This document shows positions 8,874-17,062 of a DNA stretch of 41,464 nt, in pieces; within the stretch, counting starts at the first letter, position 1, and each line of letters begins with the position of its first letter. The translations under genes and the position numbers were made by a program. The DNA is from a virus (lineage: Duplodnaviria > Caudoviricetes): positions 1 to 41,464 of IMG/VR virus record IMGVR_UViG_3300011334_000144, one strand, 5' to 3'. The notes beneath the pieces were generated by a model that searched no databases, had not been told where the DNA came from, and saw only the letters and a list, made by a program, of their open reading frames with translations.

Positions 8874-9602
8874 ATGAGTAAAGTAAATAAAGGAACGCTA
8901 GCCTTGGGCTGGTGTGATAATGGCAATACTGATGGCAAGTTCACGGAAGGTGTCGTTAGCATAGCACTACAGTGCTCCAATAACGGCATCGAACTTACTC
9001 ACAGTATGCGAGTACAAGGTAATCAAATTGGCAGACAACGCCAGGTTTTGTTTGATTACTGGGCTGACCAGATTAAAACTGACTGGCTTCTATGGATTGA
9101 CTCAGATATTGTAGTCAACATGGAAGTAGTTGCCAAACTCTGGGATGTAGCTGACAAGGTTAATCGACCAGTCGTTAGCGGTACTTACTTCATCTCTAAG
9201 GAGAATGAAGGTACATTGGCTAAGCCATACCCCGCATTGTTCTTTGATGTAGATGAGCAGACTATCCAGCATGTACACCCGCTACCACATAACGAGGTTA
9301 TCAAGGTAGATAGTGCAGGCTTTGGATTCGTGCTGATGCACAAGTCAATCATTCCAAAGATGCGTGAGAAGTTTCCAAACCAATCAATGTTTGCAGAACA
9401 AGAGAACATTGGTGACAAGTATGTAGGTGAAGACATTGTCTTCTTCCGTAAGATGCAAGAGGCGGGTATCCCGCTGCATGCACACACTGGTGCATTAGTA
9501 AAGCATATCAAGCGATTCTCGCTAGATGTTGGCTACTATGATATGTACTGGACATTAGATATGATTAAACAAAAGGCGCAAGAAAAACAACAACAAGGCT
9601 AA
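8874..9602 (+). CDS. GT-A fold (GT2-like) glycosyltransferase
   Basis: DxD motif (LLWIDSD), AGFGFVLM, GED catalytic motif (VGEDIVFF), C-terminal His. Confidence 0.8.
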   Translation: MSKVNKGTLALGWCDNGNTDGKFTEGVVSIALQCSNNGIELTHSMRVQGNQIGRQRQVLFDYWADQIKTDWLLWIDSDIVVNMEVVAKLWDVADKVNRPVVSGTYFISKENEGTLAKPYPALFFDVDEQTIQHVHPLPHNEVIKVDSAGFGFVLMHKSIIPKMREKFPNQSMFAEQENIGDKYVGEDIVFFRKMQEAGIPLHAHTGALVKHIKRFSLDVGYYDMYWTLDMIKQKAQEKQQQG

Positions 9603-9611
9603 GGAGTCTAC

Positions 9612-11606
9612 GTGGCTGGTCGTGATATTACCGAAGGTCGTGCAACGCGGGCAATTGCTGTTGACGTTGGTGTAGTTTCTACTACATCTATTTGGCAAAA
9701 CACTGATGTAGCATATGATGTTGCACTAGGTGGTATGCCATTCATTTATGCAATTAGTGATGCACGTCCATACATCCGACAGACTGCACCATTCAAGAAG
9801 GAACAGTTTGATAATCAGACTGAACCTGGTGAGCAATCACTTACTGGATGGTGGATTCGCAGTCAACAATCTTTCCATGGCGGAGACGGCATAACTTTCT
9901 ATGACCCAGCACAAACAACAACTAACTCACCTGACCACTATCGCTTTGCCGATAGCAAGGGTGTTAATGTTTGGAATCAGGGTGAAGTAACTCTTCTTAA
10001 GAACGTAACCTCTGGCCACGTAACAACTGGTCCTATTGCAAGTAATGGGGTAGTACAACAGCACCTACGCTCCATCAAGTGGAGCACATTTACTGGTGCT
10101 TTGCTTCATGATGAGTATGATGTTGATAAGATTAAGGTAACAGACCCAAGCAATCCAGTTCACTTTATTGATTATAATAGCGGTGCCGATTCACCAGTAT
10201 ATGCTATCTGCGACGATGGAACTTTTGCGTATTGGATTACTAACACTTCTACCAAGAAGACTGTATATAAAAAAGCATTAACACTAACCTCTGCTGATGC
10301 TGATACTAAGATGTTTGATGAAATTGGCACAATATCAAACGCTACTATGGAGTATGTAAAAGATAGAATTGTTATGTGTGCAGATAATAAGGTTTATGAA
10401 TTTGCACCTTCTGCTACCGCTATGCCTACACCTGTATATACACAGTCTGCGACTACCCACGTATACACATCTATAACAGCGTCAGGTCCTGCTATCTATA
10501 TTGCTGGATACAATGGTGCTCAATCAACTATTCAGAAGTTTACTCTTTCTACTGCTGGTGTAATGCCTACACTAACATCAGCAATTACTGCTGCAGAATT
10601 ACCAACGGGTGAGATTGTGCATCGAATTTATTACTACCTTGGTTACATGATGATTGGAACCAACAAGGGTATTCGTGTCGCAACGGTCTCGGACCAAGAT
10701 GGTTCAATTAGTTATGGTCCGCTCATCGTAGAGACAACTCAACCATGCTATGACTTTGCAGGTAATGACCACTATGTGTGGTGTGCTACTGGTGTTGATG
10801 GAGAACCTGGTCTAATTAGAATTGACCTAAGTACTCAAATCGAACCATTACGTTTTGCTTACGCAAACGATGTTTACTATAGCGGAGTATCTGGACATGT
10901 AACTACTGCTGTCTGCTTTGATGGAAATACCAGTGCAGCAACTGCAGATAGACTAATGTTTGCTACCGCATATGCATCATCTGCAAATGGAGCTATATAT
11001 GTTGAAGATGCATCAACTCTTAATACAAATGGATACTTACGGACTGGTTATATCCGATATAATACGCTAGAGCCTAAGAACTTTAAGCGTCTCATCGCCC
11101 GTGGTAATTATACTTATGGTTCCATGACGCTAGAAACTGTAGATGCAGATGGAACTGAGTATGATGTTATTTCTTATGATTCTACTGTCCCGCCTGTTGA
11201 AGTAACTACATCCAATCCACAAGAAGCCCAAGAATATTTGGCTTATAAGTTTATTTTATACCGTGATGGAACTGATAGCACTAAGGGACCAGTAATGAAA
11301 GGCTATCAAGCAAAGTCAACTATCGCTACGCCAAGGCAGCGAGTAATGAGATTCCCCGTTTATTGCTATGACGTGGAGACAGATAGATATAATGTGCAGA
11401 TAGGATACGAAGGCAGAGCCTTTGATAGAATTGCACAGTTAGAATCTATTGAAGAAAACGGTGACGTAATTACTTGGCAGGATTTAACTACAGGTGAATC
11501 ACGTCAAGCTGTTATTGAACAAACATCATTTACTCGCCTCACACCCCCTGACCGTGGATTCACGGGCTATGGTGGTGTCATTGATATCACGATTAGGACT
11601 GTATAA
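9612..11606 (+). CDS. Putative tail nozzle / tail tubular protein B-like
   Basis: 664 aa, beta-propeller-like composition, GTG start after aaggag, last gene of the tail module. Confidence 0.6.
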   Translation: MAGRDITEGRATRAIAVDVGVVSTTSIWQNTDVAYDVALGGMPFIYAISDARPYIRQTAPFKKEQFDNQTEPGEQSLTGWWIRSQQSFHGGDGITFYDPAQTTTNSPDHYRFADSKGVNVWNQGEVTLLKNVTSGHVTTGPIASNGVVQQHLRSIKWSTFTGALLHDEYDVDKIKVTDPSNPVHFIDYNSGADSPVYAICDDGTFAYWITNTSTKKTVYKKALTLTSADADTKMFDEIGTISNATMEYVKDRIVMCADNKVYEFAPSATAMPTPVYTQSATTHVYTSITASGPAIYIAGYNGAQSTIQKFTLSTAGVMPTLTSAITAAELPTGEIVHRIYYYLGYMMIGTNKGIRVATVSDQDGSISYGPLIVETTQPCYDFAGNDHYVWCATGVDGEPGLIRIDLSTQIEPLRFAYANDVYYSGVSGHVTTAVCFDGNTSAATADRLMFATAYASSANGAIYVEDASTLNTNGYLRTGYIRYNTLEPKNFKRLIARGNYTYGSMTLETVDADGTEYDVISYDSTVPPVEVTTSNPQEAQEYLAYKFILYRDGTDSTKGPVMKGYQAKSTIATPRQRVMRFPVYCYDVETDRYNVQIGYEGRAFDRIAQLESIEENGDVITWQDLTTGESRQAVIEQTSFTRLTPPDRGFTGYGGVIDITIRTV

Positions 11607-11815
11607 TGTCTTCTACCCAATGGCTAGGTCTAGCCGTCTCTGTATGTACACTAGTAGCTGCATTCGCCACATCAGTTCGTTGGCTAGTAAAGCACTACCT
11701 GTATGAACTCAAGCCTAACTCAGGCTCAAGCCTAAAAGACTCAGTCATTAGACTGGAAGAGAAGGTAGAAATACTTTATCAGATTATGATTCAAAGAGGG
11801 AAAGATGGAAACTAA
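11606..11815 (+). CDS. Membrane protein of the lysis cassette (holin-like)
   Basis: N-terminal hydrophobic helix followed by a short coiled coil; directly upstream of the lysin. Confidence 0.6.
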   Translation: MSSTQWLGLAVSVCTLVAAFATSVRWLVKHYLYELKPNSGSSLKDSVIRLEEKVEILYQIMIQRGKDGN

Positions 11816-12282
11816 TGAAGCCTGTTGCCAAGAAAGCCACACCTGCCGCTATTGCTGTCCTTCGACAAGCCACCAAGATTTCACCCAAGCGTTTGAAAGC
11901 ATCCGATGGACTTCTGCCGTCGAAAGCACATCTGGCACAGAACCCCAATTCAGACCATAATACAGGTCTTGCAGTAGATTTAACCCATGACCCTGCTCGT
12001 AACATTGACTGCCATGATATCTATGAGCAACTCAAGCGAGACAAGCGAGTTAAGTATCTAATCTTCAAGAGTCAGATATGGATTCCTGGTAGAGGCGACA
12101 AGCCATACACTGGTAGCAATCCACACAATAAGCATTTACATATATCAATCAAGGATAACTGTGGGAACGATGATTCCCCATGGTTCCCATGGTTAGACAA
12201 GCCAGTGTTCAAGACTGCTGACCAAGCCAGGTTAGCGGCATCAAGACTAAAGCCCCTACCAAAGAAGAAAGAGAACAAATGA
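11815..12282 (+). CDS. Endolysin, Zn peptidase of M15/LAS type
   Basis: SDHNTGLAVD (SxHxxGxAxD) and HNKHLHIS motifs. Confidence 0.75.
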   Translation: MKPVAKKATPAAIAVLRQATKISPKRLKASDGLLPSKAHLAQNPNSDHNTGLAVDLTHDPARNIDCHDIYEQLKRDKRVKYLIFKSQIWIPGRGDKPYTGSNPHNKHLHISIKDNCGNDDSPWFPWLDKPVFKTADQARLAASRLKPLPKKKENK

Positions 12283-12491
12283 AAGAACTAATCAAGAAGT
12301 TCCTCGGACCTAAAGAGGTTGCTGCTATCAAGTCCTATCTACGTGCCGTCCTTGCATCAGCCGTGACTATGGGTCTAGCCCTTGTCATGGACATGCAGCC
12401 TGAGCATGCTATCTTAATCGGTGCAGTGACAGCTCCACTGGCTAAGTGGGCAGACAAGACTGAGACTGAGTATGGACTAGGCTCCGAATAG
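12279..12491 (+). CDS. Holin (two predicted TM helices)
   Basis: Two hydrophobic segments, acidic C-terminal tail, follows the lysin. Confidence 0.65.
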   Translation: MKELIKKFLGPKEVAAIKSYLRAVLASAVTMGLALVMDMQPEHAILIGAVTAPLAKWADKTETEYGLGSE

Positions 12492-12525
12492 TACCCATTT
12501 AAGGGCCCTAGCAGGCCAATAGACA

Positions 12526-12583
12526 CAAGAAACCCCCCTTCCTAAGGTAATCACCCTAGGTTGGGGGGTCTTTTGTTGTTTTT
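12526..12583. terminator. Intrinsic terminator between convergent genes, possibly bidirectional
   Basis: acaagaaacccccc...cctaag..ctagg..ggggggtcttttgttgttttt: GC stem followed by a T-tract, with an A-rich 5' flank. Confidence 0.8.
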
Positions 12584-12737
12584 ATAGGTCTTCGTCGTCT
12601 GCTTCTAGGTCTTCGAGTTGGTCAGCAAAGGCCTTCAGGTCCTTCTTAAGTCGGTAATGTCTGTATCGGTCAATCAGTTCTAAGTACACATCACGTGCTG
12701 CTATTGCTAGCAATACTCCAAAGAAAACTTCTAACAT
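12582..12737 (-). CDS. 51-aa membrane-anchored protein (not in ORF track)
   Basis: MLEVFFGVLLAIAARDVYLELIDRYRHYRLKKDLKAFADQLEDLEADDEDL*; RBS aggag upstream. Confidence 0.7.
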   Translation of the reverse strand: MLEVFFGVLLAIAARDVYLELIDRYRHYRLKKDLKAFADQLEDLEADDEDL

Positions 12738-12745
12738 AGTATCTC

Positions 12746-12847
12746 CTATAGTATAATATATATTATTATATATAATATATTGGGAGCCCTTAAAGGCTCC
12801 CTTATATAGTATATATATTTAATTATACACACAGAATCTGACCCTGT
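12746..12847 (-). promoter_or_regulatory. AT-rich island with a GC hairpin (element A)
   Basis: gggagcc-cttaaa-ggctccc (12782-12801) embedded in near-pure TA tracts; resembles 25257-25350 in inverted orientation. Confidence 0.55.
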
Positions 12848-12871
12848 AAGTAAGCAAGGCAGGTTTGCTTA

Positions 12872-12907
12872 TTGGCACTGATGTATTACTATGCTATGGT
12901 TATCCAA
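12872..12907 (+). promoter_or_regulatory. Sigma-A-type promoter, probably giving a leaderless mRNA
   Basis: TTGGCA(12872-77)-17 nt-TATGGT(12895-900) with an extended TG. ATG is at 12907 and has no SD. Confidence 0.55.
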
Positions 12908-13098
12908 TGATTCAACTTGGAGATTACGAATTACCTGAACACGTGAGTTACTCAGCGTTCAGTACCTATGTCGACTGTGGTTATCAGTACTACCTTGGTC
13001 GACTCATGCAAGTACCTGAGGCACCATCAGTCTGGTCAGTAGGCGGAAGCGCCTTCCATACAGCTACAGAATTGTGGGACTTAGAGAATGCTGAATAA
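12907..13098 (+). CDS. Cas4/RecB-like PD-(D/E)XK exonuclease, N-terminal part
   Basis: SYSAFSTYVDCGYQYYL...GSAFH, the typical N-terminus carrying the first Fe-S Cys. Confidence 0.8.
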   Translation: MIQLGDYELPEHVSYSAFSTYVDCGYQYYLGRLMQVPEAPSVWSVGGSAFHTATELWDLENAE

Positions 13099-13696
13099 CG
13101 AATTATGGGACAAGGCTTGGGCTCTTGAGTCTGAGGGCAAGGACCTAACCAATGCTCGCGTTGGTGGTCGTGCAACCAAGGCTAACCCACAGAAAGAAGA
13201 CGTAAACTTTTGGCAAGCAACTGGCCCTCAATGGGTGCAGGCTTACATTGATTGGCGTAAGGCTAACCCTGACTGGAAGTTGTGGAAGACACCACAAGGC
13301 GCACCAGCGATTGAGTTAGCCATGCTACCTGAATTTGCTGGCGTGCCAGTCAAGATGATTCTTGACAGGGTGTTTGAAGTCAATGGCGAACTTGTAATCG
13401 TCGACTTGAAAACCTCTCAGCAAACACCAACCAATACACTTCAACTGGGATTCTACAAGGTCGGTATGTTAAAGACCTTTGGTATCGATGTTAAGTGGGG
13501 GACTTATTGGATGGCACGTCAGCACGGTGTGTCACCTCTTGTTAGCCTCGAGCAGTACACAGAGGATAAACTTGAGTACCTTGTTGCAGGATTTGACAAG
13601 GCTCGCAAAGCTGGAATATTTTTACCGAACACAAACAACTGCCAATATAAATGTGGATTGACAGCACACTGTCAGTTCTCAACAAAGATAGGATAA
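13088..13696 (+). CDS. Cas4/RecB-like PD-(D/E)XK exonuclease, C-terminal part
   Basis: E...ILDR...IVDLKT...QLGFY catalytic motifs; C-terminal CQYKC.....C. Confidence 0.85.
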   Translation: MLNNELWDKAWALESEGKDLTNARVGGRATKANPQKEDVNFWQATGPQWVQAYIDWRKANPDWKLWKTPQGAPAIELAMLPEFAGVPVKMILDRVFEVNGELVIVDLKTSQQTPTNTLQLGFYKVGMLKTFGIDVKWGTYWMARQHGVSPLVSLEQYTEDKLEYLVAGFDKARKAGIFLPNTNNCQYKCGLTAHCQFSTKIG

Positions 13697-13699
13697 CAA

Positions 13700-14116
13700 A
13701 TGGAAGACTGGAAACTACAAGTTAGTTACAAGACACCTGCTGGGGATATGATTAATATCCGTGCTAATACTGCTGATGAACTCAGCGTGTTGCTAGAAGG
13801 CATTGGTGATTACTCAACACAAGTTGCAGCAGTGCAACGATTGGTTGTTGGTGCGTACAATGCAGCCCCTTTGGGGACCACGCCTTCAACTCCAAACACT
13901 ACGCAATCCACATACTCCGCTCCAACCCAGGGGCAGGGTCCGTTACTTACACCTCCACCAAGCGCGGTCACACCATCAGGGACAGCGAGCCCGACGTGCA
14001 TCCACGGAGCGAGAATCTTCCGACAGGGAGTGAGCAAAGCGAGTGGGAAGCCTTACGCTTTCTGGGCATGCCCAACCCCACAGGGGACTCCAGACCAGTG
14101 CAAGCCAGTAAACTAA
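13700..14116 (+). CDS. Hypothetical replication-module protein with C-terminal Zn-binding motif
   Basis: Pro/Thr linker, then CIHG...WACP...QCKP. Confidence 0.7.
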   Translation: MEDWKLQVSYKTPAGDMINIRANTADELSVLLEGIGDYSTQVAAVQRLVVGAYNAAPLGTTPSTPNTTQSTYSAPTQGQGPLLTPPPSAVTPSGTASPTCIHGARIFRQGVSKASGKPYAFWACPTPQGTPDQCKPVN

Positions 14117-14129
14117 AGAGAAGTTAATG

Positions 14130-14177
14130 AAGGAACGCAGCTACAGACGTACACCACAGAAGTGGCTGCGTTCTTTC
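14130..14177 (+). terminator. Hairpin between ORF 13700 and the helicase
   Basis: aaggaacgcagctac / gtggctgcgttcttt stem with a large loop. Confidence 0.5.
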
Positions 14178-14200
14178 TACAAAGAAGGGAATGATAAAGG

Positions 14201-14983
14201 ATGCGCACACTTGTCCGCTCAGTTGGTCGTTCCAGTATTGGTGGAGAACCGCTCCCTAGTTGCTTTAAGGCATTCGAAAGTAACAAGATTATCATTAGGC
14301 GCTCTGAGGTTTCGATGTTCGCAGCAGCGCCTGGAGTCGGAAAGTCCACACTAGCACTGGCACTTGCACTTAAGATGAAGGTGCCAACACTTTACATCTC
14401 GGCAGATACCAACGCACACACAATGGCTATGCGTTTAGCCTCAATGATTTCAGGTAAGTCTCAGACTGACGTTGAATCATTGATGAATACAGACCATGGT
14501 TGGACTAAGGCAACACTTGCTAAAGGTTCACACATTGTTTGGTCATTCGAATCAGCACCAACACTTCAAGATATTGATGAAGAAGTGCAAGCATTCGAAG
14601 AACTATGGGGTTGTCCCCCAACTTTAATTGTAGTAGATAACTTGATGGACGTAGCCACCGATGGTGGTGAGGAGTTCGCTTCAATGCGTGCCATCATGAA
14701 GGAGTTGAAGTATCTTGCGAGAGCGACTAACGCTGCTGTGGTTGTGTTACACCATACTTCGGAGGCTGTCCAAGGTAGCCCGTGTCAACCCAGGTCCGCT
14801 ATTCAGGGTAAGGTTGCTCAACTTCCTGCTCTTATATGTACCCTCGGCGTTGTTGGTACTTCTATGGGTGTTGCACCTGTTAAGAATCGATACGGTAGAG
14901 CTGATGCAGGGGGAGGACTCATGACATGGGTTGCCTTCAATCCTGAGTACATGTTCATTGATGATATACCAGAGAATGTTTAA
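14201..14983 (+). CDS. DnaB-like (SF4/RecA-fold) replicative helicase
   Basis: Walker A AAPGVGKST, Walker B IVVDNL, LHH, and KNRYG arginine-finger motif. Confidence 0.88.
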   Translation: MRTLVRSVGRSSIGGEPLPSCFKAFESNKIIIRRSEVSMFAAAPGVGKSTLALALALKMKVPTLYISADTNAHTMAMRLASMISGKSQTDVESLMNTDHGWTKATLAKGSHIVWSFESAPTLQDIDEEVQAFEELWGCPPTLIVVDNLMDVATDGGEEFASMRAIMKELKYLARATNAAVVVLHHTSEAVQGSPCQPRSAIQGKVAQLPALICTLGVVGTSMGVAPVKNRYGRADAGGGLMTWVAFNPEYMFIDDIPENV

Positions 14984-14991
14984 GGAGAATA

Positions 14992-15168
14992 ATGCTAATG
15001 GAAAAGACACTAAAGATTATGAAGCAAGAAGCATATGTCGAAGGTTGGCAAGATGCAGTAGCTGCACTAACTAAAGAGTACGAAGATAGACTTCGTCTAG
15101 TAATCGAAAAGTTTGAACTACCAAAGGAATACGAAGTAGATGACGACACGCAAGAGTCACAAGGCTAG
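14992..15168 (+). CDS. Hypothetical 58-aa protein (not in ORF track)
   Basis: RBS aaggag; MLMEKTLKIMKQEAYVEGWQDAV... Confidence 0.7.
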   Translation: MLMEKTLKIMKQEAYVEGWQDAVAALTKEYEDRLRLVIEKFELPKEYEVDDDTQESQG

Positions 15169-15508
15169 AGGTGCGACGTACGAAACAGACATCCGAGACT
15201 GGTTTCGAGCAAATGGATACGATAGTGAACGACTTGCTCGAACAGGTGCACGAGATGAAGGCGACGTTGTTGTCCGCAAAGACTTCCTTGGAAGCATTGG
15301 CGTTATCGAATGCAAAGCACCAGGTGCAGGCAATGCCATTGACCTTAGTGGTTGGACAAAAGAAGCACAGGTTGAAGCAACGCATTATGCGGAAGCAAGG
15401 GGGCTCGACCGTTCCGCGGTCCTCCCAGCATTACTTATCAAGGCTAGAGGAAAATCTATAGCTGATTCGTATTTAGTACTAAGATTAGGAGATGTTTTCG
15501 GTGAATGA
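15140..15508 (+). CDS. Holliday junction resolvase (Hjc-like PD-(D/E)XK)
   Basis: KARGATYE...DEGDV...IECK motifs. Confidence 0.8.
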   Translation: MTTRKSHKARGATYETDIRDWFRANGYDSERLARTGARDEGDVVVRKDFLGSIGVIECKAPGAGNAIDLSGWTKEAQVEATHYAEARGLDRSAVLPALLIKARGKSIADSYLVLRLGDVFGE

Positions 15509-15866
15509 TTTGCCTAGTATCAAGGCTGTGTTAGAGCACTATGGTGCTGTGATACGTCGTGACCATGGGCAAGCAAACCTTAAGTGTCCCTTTCATGGTG
15601 ACTCACACCAATCAGGTACAGCTAACTTAGATGACAACCTATTCGTATGCTTCGCATGTGGTGTACAAGGAAACAGTTTACAAATCATAGCACAACAAGA
15701 AGGATGTGACATACGTGGCGCAGCAAAATTCGCAGAAGGAACTCTTGGGCATAGCGTCCAAGCGGTATCAGGAAAGCATCTATCAGGCAGAAGGCTACCT
15801 TCGAAGCAGGGGTATAACTCTGGAGGTAGCACGGTTGGCACGATTAGGCGTAGTCGAGGAGCCTGA
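15501..15866 (+). CDS. DNA primase, CHC2 zinc-binding part
   Basis: CPFHGD...CFAC motif. GTG 15501 follows aggag; ATG 15492 is an alternative start. Confidence 0.85.
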   Translation: MNDLPSIKAVLEHYGAVIRRDHGQANLKCPFHGDSHQSGTANLDDNLFVCFACGVQGNSLQIIAQQEGCDIRGAAKFAEGTLGHSVQAVSGKHLSGRRLPSKQGYNSGGSTVGTIRRSRGA

Positions 15867-16344
15867 ACCTGGACATGAACAATACACAGGCAGGCTTAGT
15901 ATACCTTACATAACTAAGTCTGGTGTTGTTGACATACGCTTTCGTTCTCTAAACCCTGCGGTTGAACCGAAGTACATGGGCATGGTTGGTGCAGATACAA
16001 AGATGTATAACGTGCTAGACATTGAACGTGCAGGTGATTGGATTGGAGTATGCGAAGGTGAACTCGATACACTTACTATGTCTCGTTGTGTTGGCATACC
16101 TTGTGTTGGAGTACCAGGTGCAAATTCTTGGAAGAAACACTACACACGATTGCTTGCTGACTTCGAACGCATCTTTGTTTTTGCAGACGGTGACGGCCCA
16201 GGCAGGGAGTTCGCAAATAGTCTTGCTCGAGAGTTGCCAGTTACCATTGTGGGATTCGGCGACGGAGAAGATGTTAATTCGGCATATACCAAATACGGCG
16301 CATCATTTATTAAAGAGAAGATGGGATTAACGAATGAAGAATGA
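15715..16344 (+). CDS. DNA primase, catalytic TOPRIM part
   Basis: YLRSRG, RLSIPY, PKY, CEGELD, FADGD.PG and EDVN motifs; start uncertain. Confidence 0.85.
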   Translation: MAQQNSQKELLGIASKRYQESIYQAEGYLRSRGITLEVARLARLGVVEEPEPGHEQYTGRLSIPYITKSGVVDIRFRSLNPAVEPKYMGMVGADTKMYNVLDIERAGDWIGVCEGELDTLTMSRCVGIPCVGVPGANSWKKHYTRLLADFERIFVFADGDGPGREFANSLARELPVTIVGFGDGEDVNSAYTKYGASFIKEKMGLTNEE

Positions 16345-16672
16345 GATTAATCCTTGTCCAGAATGTGGACAGCAATTTGATAATGTGTTTGAAGCAACAG
16401 ACCATCTCCTCGAAGAGGATGATGAGTTCGACCCAGCATTGGTGCTACCTAATGGCTATCGCCTTATGATTGGTTCGCTACTGCGTTGTATGTATAGATA
16501 TGCCGAACAGCCAGAACAGATACGAAGCATCACTCAGGATACGTATATGACTTTGTTTACAGCAGAGACACAGCCTGATGTAATACTTGATGTGATTGAA
16601 GATATGATTGTTGGCTCTAGCATGGTAGGAATTGATGACGAACTTAAACAGCTACTCGAAGATGGAGAGTGA
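16334..16672 (+). CDS. Acidic protein with N-terminal C2H2-like zinc finger
   Basis: CPECGQQFDNVFEATDH. Confidence 0.7.
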   Translation: MKNEINPCPECGQQFDNVFEATDHLLEEDDEFDPALVLPNGYRLMIGSLLRCMYRYAEQPEQIRSITQDTYMTLFTAETQPDVILDVIEDMIVGSSMVGIDDELKQLLEDGE

Positions 16673-16678
16673 AGAGAT

Positions 16679-17062
16679 ATGGCAGATTATCCAATACGTA
16701 TCAGGACTGGGATTGAAGATACAATCCTACCACAAAGACGGCAATCAGTTAAAGATAACCTTAACGATTCCAATATTAAACGGGAACTTCACCTCGAAAC
16801 ATACCTAAGTAATACAGTCAAAGAACTATCTGACTTGTTGCTTAGCAAGCATAAGGACTATGGTCCTAAGAATATTTCGCAAGCCCCTGGTGGGCCTGTC
16901 AACGGCTTGCGTGTACGGATGCATGACAAATTGGCACGCATCAGTAATCTAGTCGATAGTGGTGCTGACCCTCAGCATGAATCATTGGAAGATTCATTCA
17001 AAGATATGGCTAACTATGCAATCATTGGATTGCTAGTACTACGAGGACAATGGGATAACTAA
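16679..17062 (+). CDS. DUF1599-like nucleotide-modification-associated (all-alpha NTP pyrophosphatase-like) protein
   Basis: KHKDYG...RMHDKLARI...ESLEDSFKDMANYAII. Confidence 0.8.
   Translation: MADYPIRIRTGIEDTILPQRRQSVKDNLNDSNIKRELHLETYLSNTVKELSDLLLSKHKDYGPKNISQAPGGPVNGLRVRMHDKLARISNLVDSGADPQHESLEDSFKDMANYAIIGLLVLRGQWDN

Noticed and set aside
14127-14354. 75-aa ORF overlapping the helicase start
   Set aside because: Runs through an intergenic hairpin and out of frame into the helicase, with no protein-like features.
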